Below, one piece after another: positions 19,171-28,532 of a stretch of 64,000 nucleotides of DNA. Every line of letters starts with the position of its first letter. Position 1 is the first letter of the stretch. The notes beneath the pieces were generated by a model. It saw only the letters and a program-made list of their open reading frames with translations, searched no databases and was not told the origin of the DNA. This DNA is from a bacterium. GTDB taxonomy: Archaea > Thermoplasmatota > E2 > JACPAO01 > JAHFTW01. The stretch spans positions 1 to 64,000 of the forward strand of contig JAZJZE010000009.1 of assembly GCA_040390065.1 (NCBI GenBank). Direction: 5' to 3'. The position numbers and the translations under genes are program-made.

Positions 19171-20564
19171 CACAGGGACTCCAGCAGCAGAAGTTGCGGA
19201 TCCTCGAGGTAGCGCAGGAGGGTGTTGGCGAACATGGCGCCATTGTAGCCGTCGACGATGCGGTGGTCGAAGCTGAAACTCAAGTTCATGCGCCACCCGA
19301 TGGCGACGGTGCCGTCCTTCACCACGGGCACTTGCTTCATTTCGTGGACGCCCATGATGGCGACCTCGGGGTAGTTCAGAATCGGCGTCGCCATGACGCC
19401 GCCGAGTTTGCCGAGGCTCGTGATGCTGAAGGTCGAACCCGTCAATTCCTCGAGTTTGGCCTTGCCGGTGCGCGTCCGTTCCGACAAGTCGACGATTTCG
19501 CGCGCGATGTCCAGGATGCCCTTCTTGTCCGCGTCCTTCACGACGGGCACGATGAGGCCGTTCTCCGTCGCGGTCGCGATGCCGATGTGGTAGTACTTCT
19601 TGCGCACGATCTCCGACGTGGTCTCGTCGAAAGCGACGTTGACGTCCGGGTGCTTCTTCAGGGCGGCGACGGCGGCCTTCAAGATGAAGGGCAGGAAGCT
19701 CAACTTCACGCCACGCTCATCGGCGAGGCCCTTCGCAGAGTCCCGCAGGCGCACGAGGTTGTCGCAGTCGACTTCGGCCACGTACGTGAAGTGCGTCGCC
19801 GTGAAGGCGCTGCGCTCCATGGCCTTGGCAATCGTGCGGCGAAGGCCACGCAACGGGATGCGTTCCTCGCGCGTCGGGTCCGTCGAGTACTTCACGTCCG
19901 CGTAACCGAAGCGAGCACCGCCAGTCGCCGTGGGCGCCGGCTGCCCCGCAGCCATGCCGCCAGAACCGGAGCGTTCCAAGTCCTCCGCGGTGACGCGGCC
20001 GTTCTGGCCTGTCCCGAGGACGGTGTTGATGTCGATGCCCTTCTCTCGGGCCAAGCGACGAATGGCCGGCGCGGCCGTGGCTTTGTAGCCGGCCGGGACG
20101 GCGGAGCGCGGCGCCGAGGACGGGGACGTGCCCGCCGACTTGCGCTCGATGACCTTCGTTGCCGCCGCGATGTCCTTCGGCAAGTCGAAGAGCGTCTTCT
20201 CCTCCTTGGCCTCCTTGACCGCGGATGCCGCGACGGGCCTCGACGTCGCCGCAGGGGCCTTCGTTTCCTTCGCCGTGACGGCTGGAACGGGTGCGGCCGT
20301 GGCGGCGGGCGGGGGCGGCGTGGACGATGCGCCTTCCTCGATGTCGACGATGACTTGGCCGACCTTCGCCATGTCGCCTTCCTTGAGGTAGTGCTTCGCG
20401 ATGACGCCTTTGCGCGGGCTCGTGAGTTCGACGGTGGCCTTGTCCGTCATGACCTCGACGAAGGGCTCGTCCTCGTTGACGGCGTCGCCTTCCTTCTTGA
20501 TCCAGCGCACGATCTCGCCTTCCTGGATGCCTTCGCCGATGTCGGGGAGCTTGAATTGGAACAT
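19170..20564 (-). CDS. pdhC: Dihydrolipoamide acyltransferase (E2), one lipoyl domain
   Basis: EVMTDKA lipoyl lysine, E3-binding GTGQNGRV, FDHRIVDG. Confidence 0.94.
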   Translation of the reverse strand: MFQFKLPDIGEGIQEGEIVRWIKKEGDAVNEDEPFVEVMTDKATVELTSPRKGVIAKHYLKEGDMAKVGQVIVDIEEGASSTPPPPAATAAPVPAVTAKETKAPAATSRPVAASAVKEAKEEKTLFDLPKDIAAATKVIERKSAGTSPSSAPRSAVPAGYKATAAPAIRRLAREKGIDINTVLGTGQNGRVTAEDLERSGSGGMAAGQPAPTATGGARFGYADVKYSTDPTREERIPLRGLRRTIAKAMERSAFTATHFTYVAEVDCDNLVRLRDSAKGLADERGVKLSFLPFILKAAVAALKKHPDVNVAFDETTSEIVRKKYYHIGIATATENGLIVPVVKDADKKGILDIAREIVDLSERTRTGKAKLEELTGSTFSITSLGKLGGVMATPILNYPEVAIMGVHEMKQVPVVKDGTVAIGWRMNLSFSFDHRIVDGYNGAMFANTLLRYLEDPQLLLLESL

Positions 20565-20578
20565 GGGTCAAGGCCTTC

Positions 20579-21553
20579 CTAGAAGTTGATGACCTCTTCG
20601 ATGGCCGCCATGACCTTGTTGGCGTTGGGCATGTAGAGGTTCTCGAGGGTGTACGGGAACGGCACATCGTAGCCGGTCACGCGCTTGACGGGGGCGAGGA
20701 GGTGCTCGATGGCGTGTTCCGCGATGGTTGCGGAGACTTCGCTCGCGAATCCGCCGGTGAGGGGCGCTTCGTTGACGATGACGGCGCGGCCGGTCTTCTT
20801 GACGGAGTCGAGGACGGTCTTGCGGTCCCATGGGTTGATGGTTCGCAGGTCGATGACTTCGCAGGAGATGCGGGCCTTGTCAGCCGCCTCCGCCGCCGCC
20901 GTGCACAACGGCAACATCGCGCCGTAGGAGACGAGTGTCAGGTCGTCGCCTTCGCGGATGATGCGCGCCTTGCCGAGCGGCTCCGTGTAGTATTCCTCCT
21001 TCACGTCGCCCTTCACGGCGCGGTAGATCTTCTTCGGCTCCATGAAGATGACCGGGTCATTGGACGCGATGGCTGCGTGCAGCAAGCCCTTGGCGTCGTG
21101 CGGGTTGGAGGGGATGACGACCGTGAGCCCGGGCGTGTGCGCGAAGTAGGCTTCGCCGCTTTGCGAGTGGTAATGTCCGCCGCGGATGCCGCCGCCGTAG
21201 GGCGTGCGGATGACCATGGGCACCGTGTATTGGCCACCACTGCGGTAGCGGATTTTCGCGGCCTCGGACACGATTTGGTCGAAGGCTGGATAGATGAAGT
21301 CCGAGAACTGGATCTCAGGCACCGGGCGCAGACCGTACATCGCCATGCCAATCGCGGAGCCCACGATGAGCGACTCGTTGAGCGGCGTGTCCAGCACGCG
21401 GGCGTCGCCGTACTTCGCCCAAAGCCCGTCCGTCGCGCGGAAGACGCCGCCATTCTTGCCGACGTCCTCGCCCAGGATGCAGACGTTCTCGTCGCGGCCC
21501 ATGGCTTGGTCGAGGGTGTGCGTCACGGCTTGGATGAGAGTCATGGTTGTCAT
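20579..21553 (-). CDS. pdhB: 2-oxoacid dehydrogenase E1 beta
   Basis: GEDVGKNGGVFRAT, DTPLNE, EIQFSDF, HSQS. Confidence 0.95.
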   Translation of the reverse strand: MTTMTLIQAVTHTLDQAMGRDENVCILGEDVGKNGGVFRATDGLWAKYGDARVLDTPLNESLIVGSAIGMAMYGLRPVPEIQFSDFIYPAFDQIVSEAAKIRYRSGGQYTVPMVIRTPYGGGIRGGHYHSQSGEAYFAHTPGLTVVIPSNPHDAKGLLHAAIASNDPVIFMEPKKIYRAVKGDVKEEYYTEPLGKARIIREGDDLTLVSYGAMLPLCTAAAEAADKARISCEVIDLRTINPWDRKTVLDSVKKTGRAVIVNEAPLTGGFASEVSATIAEHAIEHLLAPVKRVTGYDVPFPYTLENLYMPNANKVMAAIEEVINF

Positions 21554-21750
21554 TGTGGAGCCTCCTTCCATCCCGAAATTGCCGCGCGCGTGGCGCGGTT
21601 TGCCCGGTGCATGCAGTAGTACGAACAACCCATCAGGACGATGGGCGAAAGGAAGAAGCCGATGACCGGGATGAACACCACGCCCACGGCGAGTCCGATG
21701 CCGCCGAGGACCATGCTTGCGGCTTCCCAGGCGGTAGAGTCCGTTGTCAT
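21550..21750 (-). CDS. Small membrane protein (66 aa), coupled to pdhB
   Basis: GGAGG SD; ATGA overlaps at both ends; long hydrophobic stretch. Confidence 0.6.
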   Translation of the reverse strand: MTTDSTAWEAASMVLGGIGLAVGVVFIPVIGFFLSPIVLMGCSYYCMHRANRATRAAISGWKEAPQ

Positions 21751-21923
21751 GCGGTCTTCCTCCAAGGCCCGCCGGCGCCCGCGGGCCACAACCCGCCGAC
21801 GATGGCTCCGGCCACGAACAGGAAGACGGCTCCAACGTATGGGGACGCCTGTTGCAAGAAGAACACTCCAGCCAACACGGAGACCACGCTGCAGGCGAGA
21901 CGGAAGACGTTGTAGACTTCCAT
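21747..21923 (-). CDS. Small membrane protein (58 aa, 2 TM)
   Basis: GAGGTG SD; TGATG overlap upstream and ATGA overlap downstream. Confidence 0.6.
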   Translation of the reverse strand: MEVYNVFRLACSVVSVLAGVFFLQQASPYVGAVFLFVAGAIVGGLWPAGAGGPWRKTA

Positions 21924-22006
21924 CAAACGCACCTCGTGCAGAGGAAGATGCCGCAGCCGATGCCGGTGGCGAAGAGCAATTTCGCGGCGATGGCCGGAAG
22001 CATCAT
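21923..22006 (-). CDS. Hydrophobic micropeptide (27 aa, MMLPAIAAKLLFATGIGCGIFLCTRCV)
   Basis: Read by hand, below the ORF-track cut-off; GGAGG SD; stop overlaps the next ATG. Confidence 0.5.
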   Translation of the reverse strand: MMLPAIAAKLLFATGIGCGIFLCTRCV

Positions 22007-22020
22007 GCCGCCTCCGGGAC

Positions 22021-22085
22021 GAACCACGGAGCGCACTGAACCCACTGAACCGACCACGCGCCCTTCAGTGAGCTCAGTGGATCGG
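22021..22085. repeat. 9-bp-unit hairpin (REP-like), third copy
   Basis: CCACGGAGC GCACTGAAC CCACTGAAC ... TTCAGTGAGCTCAGTGG. Confidence 0.65.
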
Positions 22086-22105
22086 TCGGGCGTCGGGCAA
22101 GCATT

Positions 22106-23197
22106 TCAATGCGCCCCCGGCACGCCGTGTTCGTCGTAGTCCTTCTTCATCGCGGCCCGTTGCTCCTTCAACAATTCGGGCACGTTCTCGTAGACGTCGT
22201 CGAACATCGACTCCACCGGCGGCGTGGTGGCGTTCTTCTCCGCCGCCTTGATGGCATCGTTCACTTCGACTTCTGCGTCCTTGGCGAGCTTGTCCATCTC
22301 GGCTTGCGTGATGACCTTGTTCTTGAGGAGGAACGCCTCGAAGCGCTTGAGCGGATCCTTGCCGGCCCACTCCTTGAGGAGTTCCGGCGGGCAGTAGCGG
22401 CTCGGGTCGTCGCTTGTGCTGTGGGCCGCCATGCGGAACGTGACGAGTTCAATGAGGCTCGGCCCTTCGCCACGGCGGGCGCGGTCGACGGCTTCCTTCG
22501 TCAGCTTGTAGACGGCGAGGATGTCGTTGCCATCCACTTGGATGCCGGGCATGCCGTAGGCGGCCGCCTTGATGGCGTACGACTCGGAGGCGGACTGTTT
22601 CGAGTTGGGCACGGAGATGGCGTAGCCGTTGTTCTCCAGCATGAAGATGCAGGGGCTCTTGGTGACGGCGGCGAAGTTCATGCCGCTGTGGAAGTCGATC
22701 TCCGAGCTGGAGCCGTCGCCGAAACTCGTCATGGCGACTTGCTTCGTGCCCTTGAGTTTCATGGCGTACGCGGCGCCGGCGGCTTGCGGGATCTGCGTCG
22801 CAAGGGGCGAACTGATGCTGAAGAAATTGATGTCCTTGAACGAGTAGTGGACCGGCATCTGGCGGCCCTTGATCTCGTCGGCGGCGTTGCCGAAGCACTG
22901 GTTCACCATGCGCAGCATCGAGACGCCACGCAGAAGCGGGGTGCCCGGGTTGCGGTAGTGTGGGAAGATCCAGTCGTCCTCGTTCAAGGCGTAGGCGGCG
23001 CCGATGTGGCAGGCCTCTTGGCCCAGGCAGGAGAGGTAGAAGCCGATGCGGCCCTGGCGCTGCAGCAGGATGAGCTTCTCGTCCATCTTCCGGACGCGCA
23101 CCATGGTGGCGTGCAGTTTCTTCAAGTCCGTGTCGGAGAGGTCCAGCTCGAGGTCCTTCTTCTTGCTCTCCAAAAGACTCAGGGGCTTGTCCGCCAA
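22106..23197 (-). CDS. pdhA: 2-oxoacid dehydrogenase E1 alpha (branched-chain/pyruvate type)
   Basis: QRQGRIGFY, GQEA, GRQMPVHY, GDG...ENNGYAIS TPP motif, HSTSDDP; probable TTG start. Confidence 0.93.
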   Translation of the reverse strand: MADKPLSLLESKKKDLELDLSDTDLKKLHATMVRVRKMDEKLILLQRQGRIGFYLSCLGQEACHIGAAYALNEDDWIFPHYRNPGTPLLRGVSMLRMVNQCFGNAADEIKGRQMPVHYSFKDINFFSISSPLATQIPQAAGAAYAMKLKGTKQVAMTSFGDGSSSEIDFHSGMNFAAVTKSPCIFMLENNGYAISVPNSKQSASESYAIKAAAYGMPGIQVDGNDILAVYKLTKEAVDRARRGEGPSLIELVTFRMAAHSTSDDPSRYCPPELLKEWAGKDPLKRFEAFLLKNKVITQAEMDKLAKDAEVEVNDAIKAAEKNATTPPVESMFDDVYENVPELLKEQRAAMKKDYDEHGVPGAH

Positions 23198-23324
23198 GGC
23201 ATGCCTCGATTCAAGGGATGACGGAACTCGGTTTAAGGGTGCAGGGTCAACACATGAATGCATGTTCATGTATCTGTTCGTGCCCCTAGGCCGACGTTTA
23301 GGTCGTGGCGACCGATGCCAGGCC

Positions 23325-23564
23325 ATGAAGCCCGCCGCGTGCCTCGTCCTGCTCATCGCGTCGACCCTGCTTGCCGGCTGCGGCAAAGGGTCCGACACGT
23401 CCGGGACCCGCACCGGCTACGTCGTTGCTCCACATGCCGTCGAGCAGGGAGATGCTGGACCGCCAGGCGACTCGAGCGAACAGGCTACTGCCGACCGTCC
23501 GGGCTCCGCCGGCGGCGATGCCCTCGGCGCTTCGGCGCAAGCCATGTCCCCCCTGCGCGACTAA
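23325..23564 (+). CDS. Small putative lipoprotein
   Basis: LLAGC lipobox. Confidence 0.5.
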   Translation: MKPAACLVLLIASTLLAGCGKGSDTSGTRTGYVVAPHAVEQGDAGPPGDSSEQATADRPGSAGGDALGASAQAMSPLRD

Positions 23565-23599
23565 TCGCATTCAAGAACGCCCCGTCCCTGCGCCGCCCC

Positions 23600-24037
23600 A
23601 TGCAACTTCGTCTCCTCCTTGCCTGCACGGTCCTCCTCGCCGGCTGCACGATTCCAAGCGACACGACGACGGAGAAGCCGGTCGACGCGTCGACGTACCA
23701 GATCGTCGTCCAGTGGACCATCTCCGGCGTCCCAGGCAATTCCACCTTCACGTTCCCCATGCAAGTCAACAGCGCTGCCGGAATCGTGACCTCGAGCCCC
23801 CACATCGGCGCCCACTACTGGACGAGCCACCAGGAGAGCCCGGCCACGAGCAACGCGGCGACGCCCGGCTGCACGCACTACAAGGACGGCCGCCAGATCC
23901 CCCAAGACTTCGACGTCACCTGCACGGCCCCGAAGGCGCCCGGCATCTACTACCTGCGCGGCCATGTCCAGGAGACGCGCGGCAACCAGACCTACAATTG
24001 GTGGAGCGACGAGAAGAGCTTCACCGTGAACGCGTAG
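23600..24037 (+). CDS. Putative lipoprotein with Ig-like beta domain
   Basis: LLAGC lipobox, host-like codon usage. Confidence 0.75.
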   Translation: MQLRLLLACTVLLAGCTIPSDTTTEKPVDASTYQIVVQWTISGVPGNSTFTFPMQVNSAAGIVTSSPHIGAHYWTSHQESPATSNAATPGCTHYKDGRQIPQDFDVTCTAPKAPGIYYLRGHVQETRGNQTYNWWSDEKSFTVNA

Positions 24038-24088
24038 TCCGGCCGCGCTCAAGGCAAAGCCCAAGCGGCAGCTCTTCCTGCGGCCTCC

Positions 24089-24424
24089 GTGGACCGCTAC
24101 CACATCTGGTTCGACTTGCGCCACGGCGTCAAGGACATGGAGCTGGTCGCCGCCATCCGCGGCATGCTGGGCCACCTGAAGGAGCAGGGCATGATCGAGG
24201 GCTTCGAGTTGGAGCGCCGCAAGCTCGGCTTCGGTCCGTCCGCCATCGGCGAGTGGCACGTCGCCATCCTGACCAAGGACATGGCGCAACTCGACCACGC
24301 GTTCAGCTTCGTCACACCGCGAACCGGCGAGATGGAGCGGCTGCACGCTGCGGTCTGGTCGAAGGTGGAGCACTTCCAGAGCGGCTTGTACCGCGACTTC
24401 CCCGACGCTAACCGCGCCCCTTGA
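24089..24424 (+). CDS. DUF6614-like small protein
   Basis: YHIWFDL...RRKLGFGP...LDHAF...LYRDFPD pattern. Confidence 0.7.
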   Translation: MDRYHIWFDLRHGVKDMELVAAIRGMLGHLKEQGMIEGFELERRKLGFGPSAIGEWHVAILTKDMAQLDHAFSFVTPRTGEMERLHAAVWSKVEHFQSGLYRDFPDANRAP

Positions 24425-24483
24425 TGCTGGATTTCGATGAAATTACCTCACATCCTTTATGCCAAACGGCGATCGGATGGGAC

Positions 24484-24768
24484 ATGCGAGGCACACTCCT
24501 GCTTGCATGCGCCGGCCTGTTGGTCGGAACCGCCCTGGTCGCGCCGTCCGCCAACGCGGCGGCCATCGAGACGGAGACCATCATCTGGGAGAAGTGGTGC
24601 TACATCGGCTACGATGGGCAATGGGTGCTGTGCTACGACACCGACCAGAACCTCTGCGTCCTCACCGAATGCGCCCACGCGCCCAACGCCGTCGCGAGCG
24701 CCCTGAAGTGCGCAAACGAGAGCGTCTGGCAGGTCCTCGACGGCCACCTGCCCGTGGCCTGCGTCTAG
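24484..24768 (+). CDS. Small secreted Cys-rich protein
   Basis: Signal peptide ending ANA-A, 6 Cys in the mature part. Confidence 0.7.
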   Translation: MRGTLLLACAGLLVGTALVAPSANAAAIETETIIWEKWCYIGYDGQWVLCYDTDQNLCVLTECAHAPNAVASALKCANESVWQVLDGHLPVACV

Positions 24769-24860
24769 AGTCGCCACTTCGGGGTGGTGCTCGCCCGGTC
24801 CGTGGCCGCGCCCACACCATTGGCCGCAAGCGGCCAGCGGCACAGCCCCAACCACCCTTA

Positions 24861-25129
24861 GAGGTCATTGCGTAACCTCCAGGAGGCCTGCGCGCGCCGG
24901 TTTGCAAGGAGTGCTAGGAGGTTGGGCCGACTTCGTGGCAGCGCCACGACGAGGTCCAGGCGACGACGCAATCCGCCGCAAAGCGGCGCGCCCTTGCGGG
25001 TCGTTTTCCGGCCACACACTCCTGGCGCCGGCGGTCTTGGCGGGCTTCCGGCCCGCCGGCAACCGCCCCCGCCAGGATTGCGAAGGCCGGAAAACGACGC
25101 AGGCACCCTGGAAGTTATGCAATGACCTC
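24861..25129 (+). mobile_element. MITE-like non-autonomous element, copy 1
   Basis: About 32-bp imperfect TIRs GAGGTCATTGC(G/A)TAAC...GCCTGCG, flanked by TA; homologous to 36524-36790 and 37483-37750. Confidence 0.85.
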
Positions 25130-25860
25130 TAGTGGTTGTGGCCCTCGTGGCCCTCTTCCTCGACCGGGGCGTCCGGCATCGCCGGGTAGACTTCGACGAG
25201 CTTGACGGCGCGCTTCTTGTCCGTCGCCATGCGCAGGTCGCCGACGACGCGGAACTTCGCCATGAGCCAGTTCTGGTCGAACTTCGCCTGGTCCGGCACT
25301 TCGAGGCTGACCGAGTCCGCATCGAAGGCGACCTTGTACGTGCCCGCAGGGAAGAGACTTGCCAGCACGGCGTCGACCTTGGCCTTCTCGTCCGTGAGGA
25401 CTTCGCGGATCGTGTACTCGTACTTCAGCGGCTTTCCTGCAAGGTCATGGTTGAGGTCGACACGGATGCGGCCGCCGGCCACGCGCGTGATGACGCCGCG
25501 CTCGCCCTCGAACGTCAGCGTCATGCCGACCTTGGGCTCGACCTTTTGGGCTTTGAACTGCGCCATGGGGACGTCCTTGATCTTGTGCGCGTCGCGTTCG
25601 CCGTAGGCGTCGATGGCGGCAATCTCCACGGTGACGGGTTTGCCGACGGTGCCGTGGCTGCGGATGTGCGACTCGAGGCCCTTGATGATCTGGTTGCCGC
25701 CCAGCGTCACCGTGAGGGGCTGGTAGCGGCGGCTGTCGCGGTGGATGTCGTTCGCCTTCGCGACGGCCTCGTCCGAGGTCTCCACCATCTTGCCGTCGAC
25801 CCACAGCGTGTAGTCGAACTTGATGACGTTTCCGTCCTGCAGCCGGGCCTTGTCTGCCAT
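25129..25860 (-). CDS. slyD: Long-type FKBP peptidyl-prolyl isomerase (SlyD-like)
   Basis: DYTL...ETS, IIKGLE, AYGERD, VDLNHDLAGK, His/Glu tail. Confidence 0.88.
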   Translation of the reverse strand: MADKARLQDGNVIKFDYTLWVDGKMVETSDEAVAKANDIHRDSRRYQPLTVTLGGNQIIKGLESHIRSHGTVGKPVTVEIAAIDAYGERDAHKIKDVPMAQFKAQKVEPKVGMTLTFEGERGVITRVAGGRIRVDLNHDLAGKPLKYEYTIREVLTDEKAKVDAVLASLFPAGTYKVAFDADSVSLEVPDQAKFDQNWLMAKFRVVGDLRMATDKKRAVKLVEVYPAMPDAPVEEEGHEGHNH

Positions 25861-25916
25861 CTTGGCGCGCGAGTTGGAGGGGGTAGATAATGGGCTCGCA
25901 GCAGGCGGATTGCGGC

Positions 25917-26237
25917 CTACCGGGCCAGGCGCAGGATGGCGATGCCAAACAGGAGCAGGATGACGCCCAGCACGATGTCCAGCACCAGCGTCACGCCTTG
26001 GTGCAACTTGGTCGAGAACAGGAGGCCGAGGCCGACGGCGACGCAGACGGCGGCGCCCACCTTGCTGGAACGGCGCTGGTCGACCAGCATGAGAAGCCCG
26101 AGAACGACGAGCATCACCGCGGCGATGGTGACGAGGATGCCGAGGTCGAGTGGGCCAAGCAGCATGAGGATGCCCAGCGCGACGAGAAGGACTCCCACGA
26201 GGCGGACGCGCACCAGCGGGTCCTGCAGCCAGTTCAC
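25917..26237 (-). CDS. Small 4-TM membrane protein
   Basis: Hydrophobic; GTGA overlap with the upstream gene. Confidence 0.7.
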   Translation of the reverse strand: MNWLQDPLVRVRLVGVLLVALGILMLLGPLDLGILVTIAAVMLVVLGLLMLVDQRRSSKVGAAVCVAVGLGLLFSTKLHQGVTLVLDIVLGVILLLFGIAILRLAR

Positions 26238-26593
26238 GGGCAGACCCCGGTGTCGCTGTCGTAGATGCAATGCGCCTTGCTGGAGTCCTGGTACACGATG
26301 GTGTGCCCCGTGCGGATGTGGTAGACGACGAAGTTGTCGGGCCGAAGCGCCAGGCACACCTGCCGCGACAAGTCGACGCTGTGCCGGAGGCCGAAGAGAC
26401 GCGTGGTCACCGTTGCCGACGAGTCAGTCGTCGCAAACAGCTGCGGGAAGTTCGGGTTGCCACCGCCGGCGCACTGCACCTCCGACACCGTCGCTTCGAT
26501 GCCGAAGTCGGACGCGTAGGCGACGCCTGCAACGAGGCCGAGCACGCCCACGACGCCGAGGGCGATCTTGACCGTGAGCCCGAGCCACCCCAT
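26234..26593 (-). CDS. Small membrane-anchored protein with 4 Cys
   Basis: N-terminal TM helix, host-like codon usage. Confidence 0.7.
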   Translation of the reverse strand: MGWLGLTVKIALGVVGVLGLVAGVAYASDFGIEATVSEVQCAGGGNPNFPQLFATTDSSATVTTRLFGLRHSVDLSRQVCLALRPDNFVVYHIRTGHTIVYQDSSKAHCIYDSDTGVCP

Positions 26594-26644
26594 GCGTTTT
26601 GCGCCATGACGAGCAAGCATTAGACCGTTGTCGAAAGGGGGCGG

Positions 26645-28435
26645 TTACTGCGCCTCTTCGTCCTGCGCGTAGTAGTATTCGCCCATGGCGCGCTGTTCGC
26701 GGTCGAGGCGGGAGCCTTGCTTGTTGATGCGCGGCCGCTTCGTCTCGGAATCGCGCCGGAAGGTCACGCCGACGTCCTTCAGGAAGCGGTTCATGCCGTC
26801 CCGCAGCGGATACGGCCCGCCGGCGTGGCCGTGGATGCCGGGCTTGCCGCCGAAGACCATCATGGAATCCGACACCAGGTCGAGGAAGTAGACGTCGTGG
26901 TCCACGATGAGGGCGGACTTGGCCTTCTTCTCCATGACGCGGCGGATGGTGCGCGCGGCCTGGATGCGCTGGTTGACGTCGAGGTACGCCGAGGGCTCGT
27001 CGAGGAGATAGATATCGGCGTCCCGGTCGAGCGCAAGCGACACGGCGACGCGCTGCAGTTCACCGCCGGAGAGGCTTGCGACTTGCCTTTCCAGCAGCGG
27101 CTTCAGCGTCATGGGCCGCGCAATCTCGGCGTTCGCGAATCCCGACAGAAGAAGTTCCGGCGCCTGAGCCGCAAACAGCTCCTGCACGGTGCCTTCGTAG
27201 TCGGCCTTGACGTACTGCGGCTTGTAGGACACTTTCAGGTCCGGCAGCGCGTCGCCGCCGTCCGGTGGCAGGACCTTGGCGAGCATCTTCACGAACGTCG
27301 TCTTGCCCGTGCCGTTGGGACCGACGACGCCCACGACTTCGCCGTGGTGGATGGTGCCGGGATCCGATTCCATCTTGAACGTCCCGAAGTCCTTGTGCAA
27401 CGCCGGGAAGTCGAGGAGGTCGATGAGTTCGGCCTTGGGCCGCGGAGGTCGCGCCTCGAACCGGATGGCATCCTCCCGCACCCGGATGTTCTCCTCGGGC
27501 AGGAAGCCGTTGAGGTACGTGTTGATGCCGTGCCGGACGTTGCGCGCCGCCGTCATGACCCCGTACGCGCCCTCGTCGCCGTAGACGAGATGGACTTGCT
27601 CGGTGAGGAAGTCCAAGACCGCAAGGTCGTGCTCGATGACGATGACGCGGCGCTTTTCCGCCAAGTCCTGGATGACCTGTGCGACGCGCAAGCGCTCGTG
27701 GATGTCGAGGTAGGAGCTCGGCTCGTCGAAGAAGTACACGTCGGCGTCCTTCAGCAACGTCGCGGCAATGGCGATGCGCTGCAGTTCGCCCCCCGAGACC
27801 TGGTCCATCTCGCGGTCCAAGACGCCGTCGATGTTGAGTCGCGGTACCACCAGGTCCCAGCGCCCGTCGGTGTCGGCCTTCTTGAGAAGGTCGCGCACAC
27901 GACCCTTGAAGGCCTTGGGCAACTGGTCGACGTACTGCGGTTTGCGCGCCGTCCGGACGCCCTTGTCGACGACGGTCTTCAGGTACTCGCCCAACTCCGT
28001 ACCCTTGTACTTCGCCAGGATGGGCTCCCACGACGGCTTCTCCTCCCAGTTTCCGAGATTGGGAATCTCTTCGCCCGCGAGGACCTTGATGGCCGTCGTC
28101 TTGCCCATGCCATTGGGCCCGAGGATGCCGGTCGCGGCTCCGAGCTTCGGGACGGGCAGCTTGAACAGGCGGAAGCCGTTCTTGCCGTACTGGTGCACGA
28201 GGTCGTCGGCAAGCGCCTCCGGCAAGCCGATGATCTTGATGGCCTGGAACGGGCACTTGTTGACGCAGATGCCGCAGCCGATGCACAATTCCTCCGAGAT
28301 GACGGGCTTGCCGATGGCCGGGTCCATCTTGATGGTGTCAATCACACCGCTGCGCACGGGCGGACAGAAGCGGATGCATTCCTGCTGGCACTTGCGGGGC
28401 TGGCAGCGGTCGGCCAAGAGGACGGCGATTCGCAT
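26645..28435 (-). CDS. rli: Ribosome recycling ATPase ABCE1 (RLI)
   Basis: N-terminal Fe-S motif CIGCGICVNKCP; two ABC domains (GPNGMGKT, GPNGTGKT, SGGELQR). Confidence 0.96.
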   Translation of the reverse strand: MRIAVLLADRCQPRKCQQECIRFCPPVRSGVIDTIKMDPAIGKPVISEELCIGCGICVNKCPFQAIKIIGLPEALADDLVHQYGKNGFRLFKLPVPKLGAATGILGPNGMGKTTAIKVLAGEEIPNLGNWEEKPSWEPILAKYKGTELGEYLKTVVDKGVRTARKPQYVDQLPKAFKGRVRDLLKKADTDGRWDLVVPRLNIDGVLDREMDQVSGGELQRIAIAATLLKDADVYFFDEPSSYLDIHERLRVAQVIQDLAEKRRVIVIEHDLAVLDFLTEQVHLVYGDEGAYGVMTAARNVRHGINTYLNGFLPEENIRVREDAIRFEARPPRPKAELIDLLDFPALHKDFGTFKMESDPGTIHHGEVVGVVGPNGTGKTTFVKMLAKVLPPDGGDALPDLKVSYKPQYVKADYEGTVQELFAAQAPELLLSGFANAEIARPMTLKPLLERQVASLSGGELQRVAVSLALDRDADIYLLDEPSAYLDVNQRIQAARTIRRVMEKKAKSALIVDHDVYFLDLVSDSMMVFGGKPGIHGHAGGPYPLRDGMNRFLKDVGVTFRRDSETKRPRINKQGSRLDREQRAMGEYYYAQDEEAQ

Positions 28436-28532
28436 CGACGGATGCGCCCAGCGCCGCTGCGATAAGAAGGGTTCGTAAGGAGGGGCCAAGCCGACCGAGG
28501 GGGATATCAAGCGCGTCGCCCTTTCGCCCGGC

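Noticed and set aside
24858-25132. ORFs spanning the MITE copies
   Set aside because: Starts and lengths differ between copies and there is no transposase motif; treated as non-coding.
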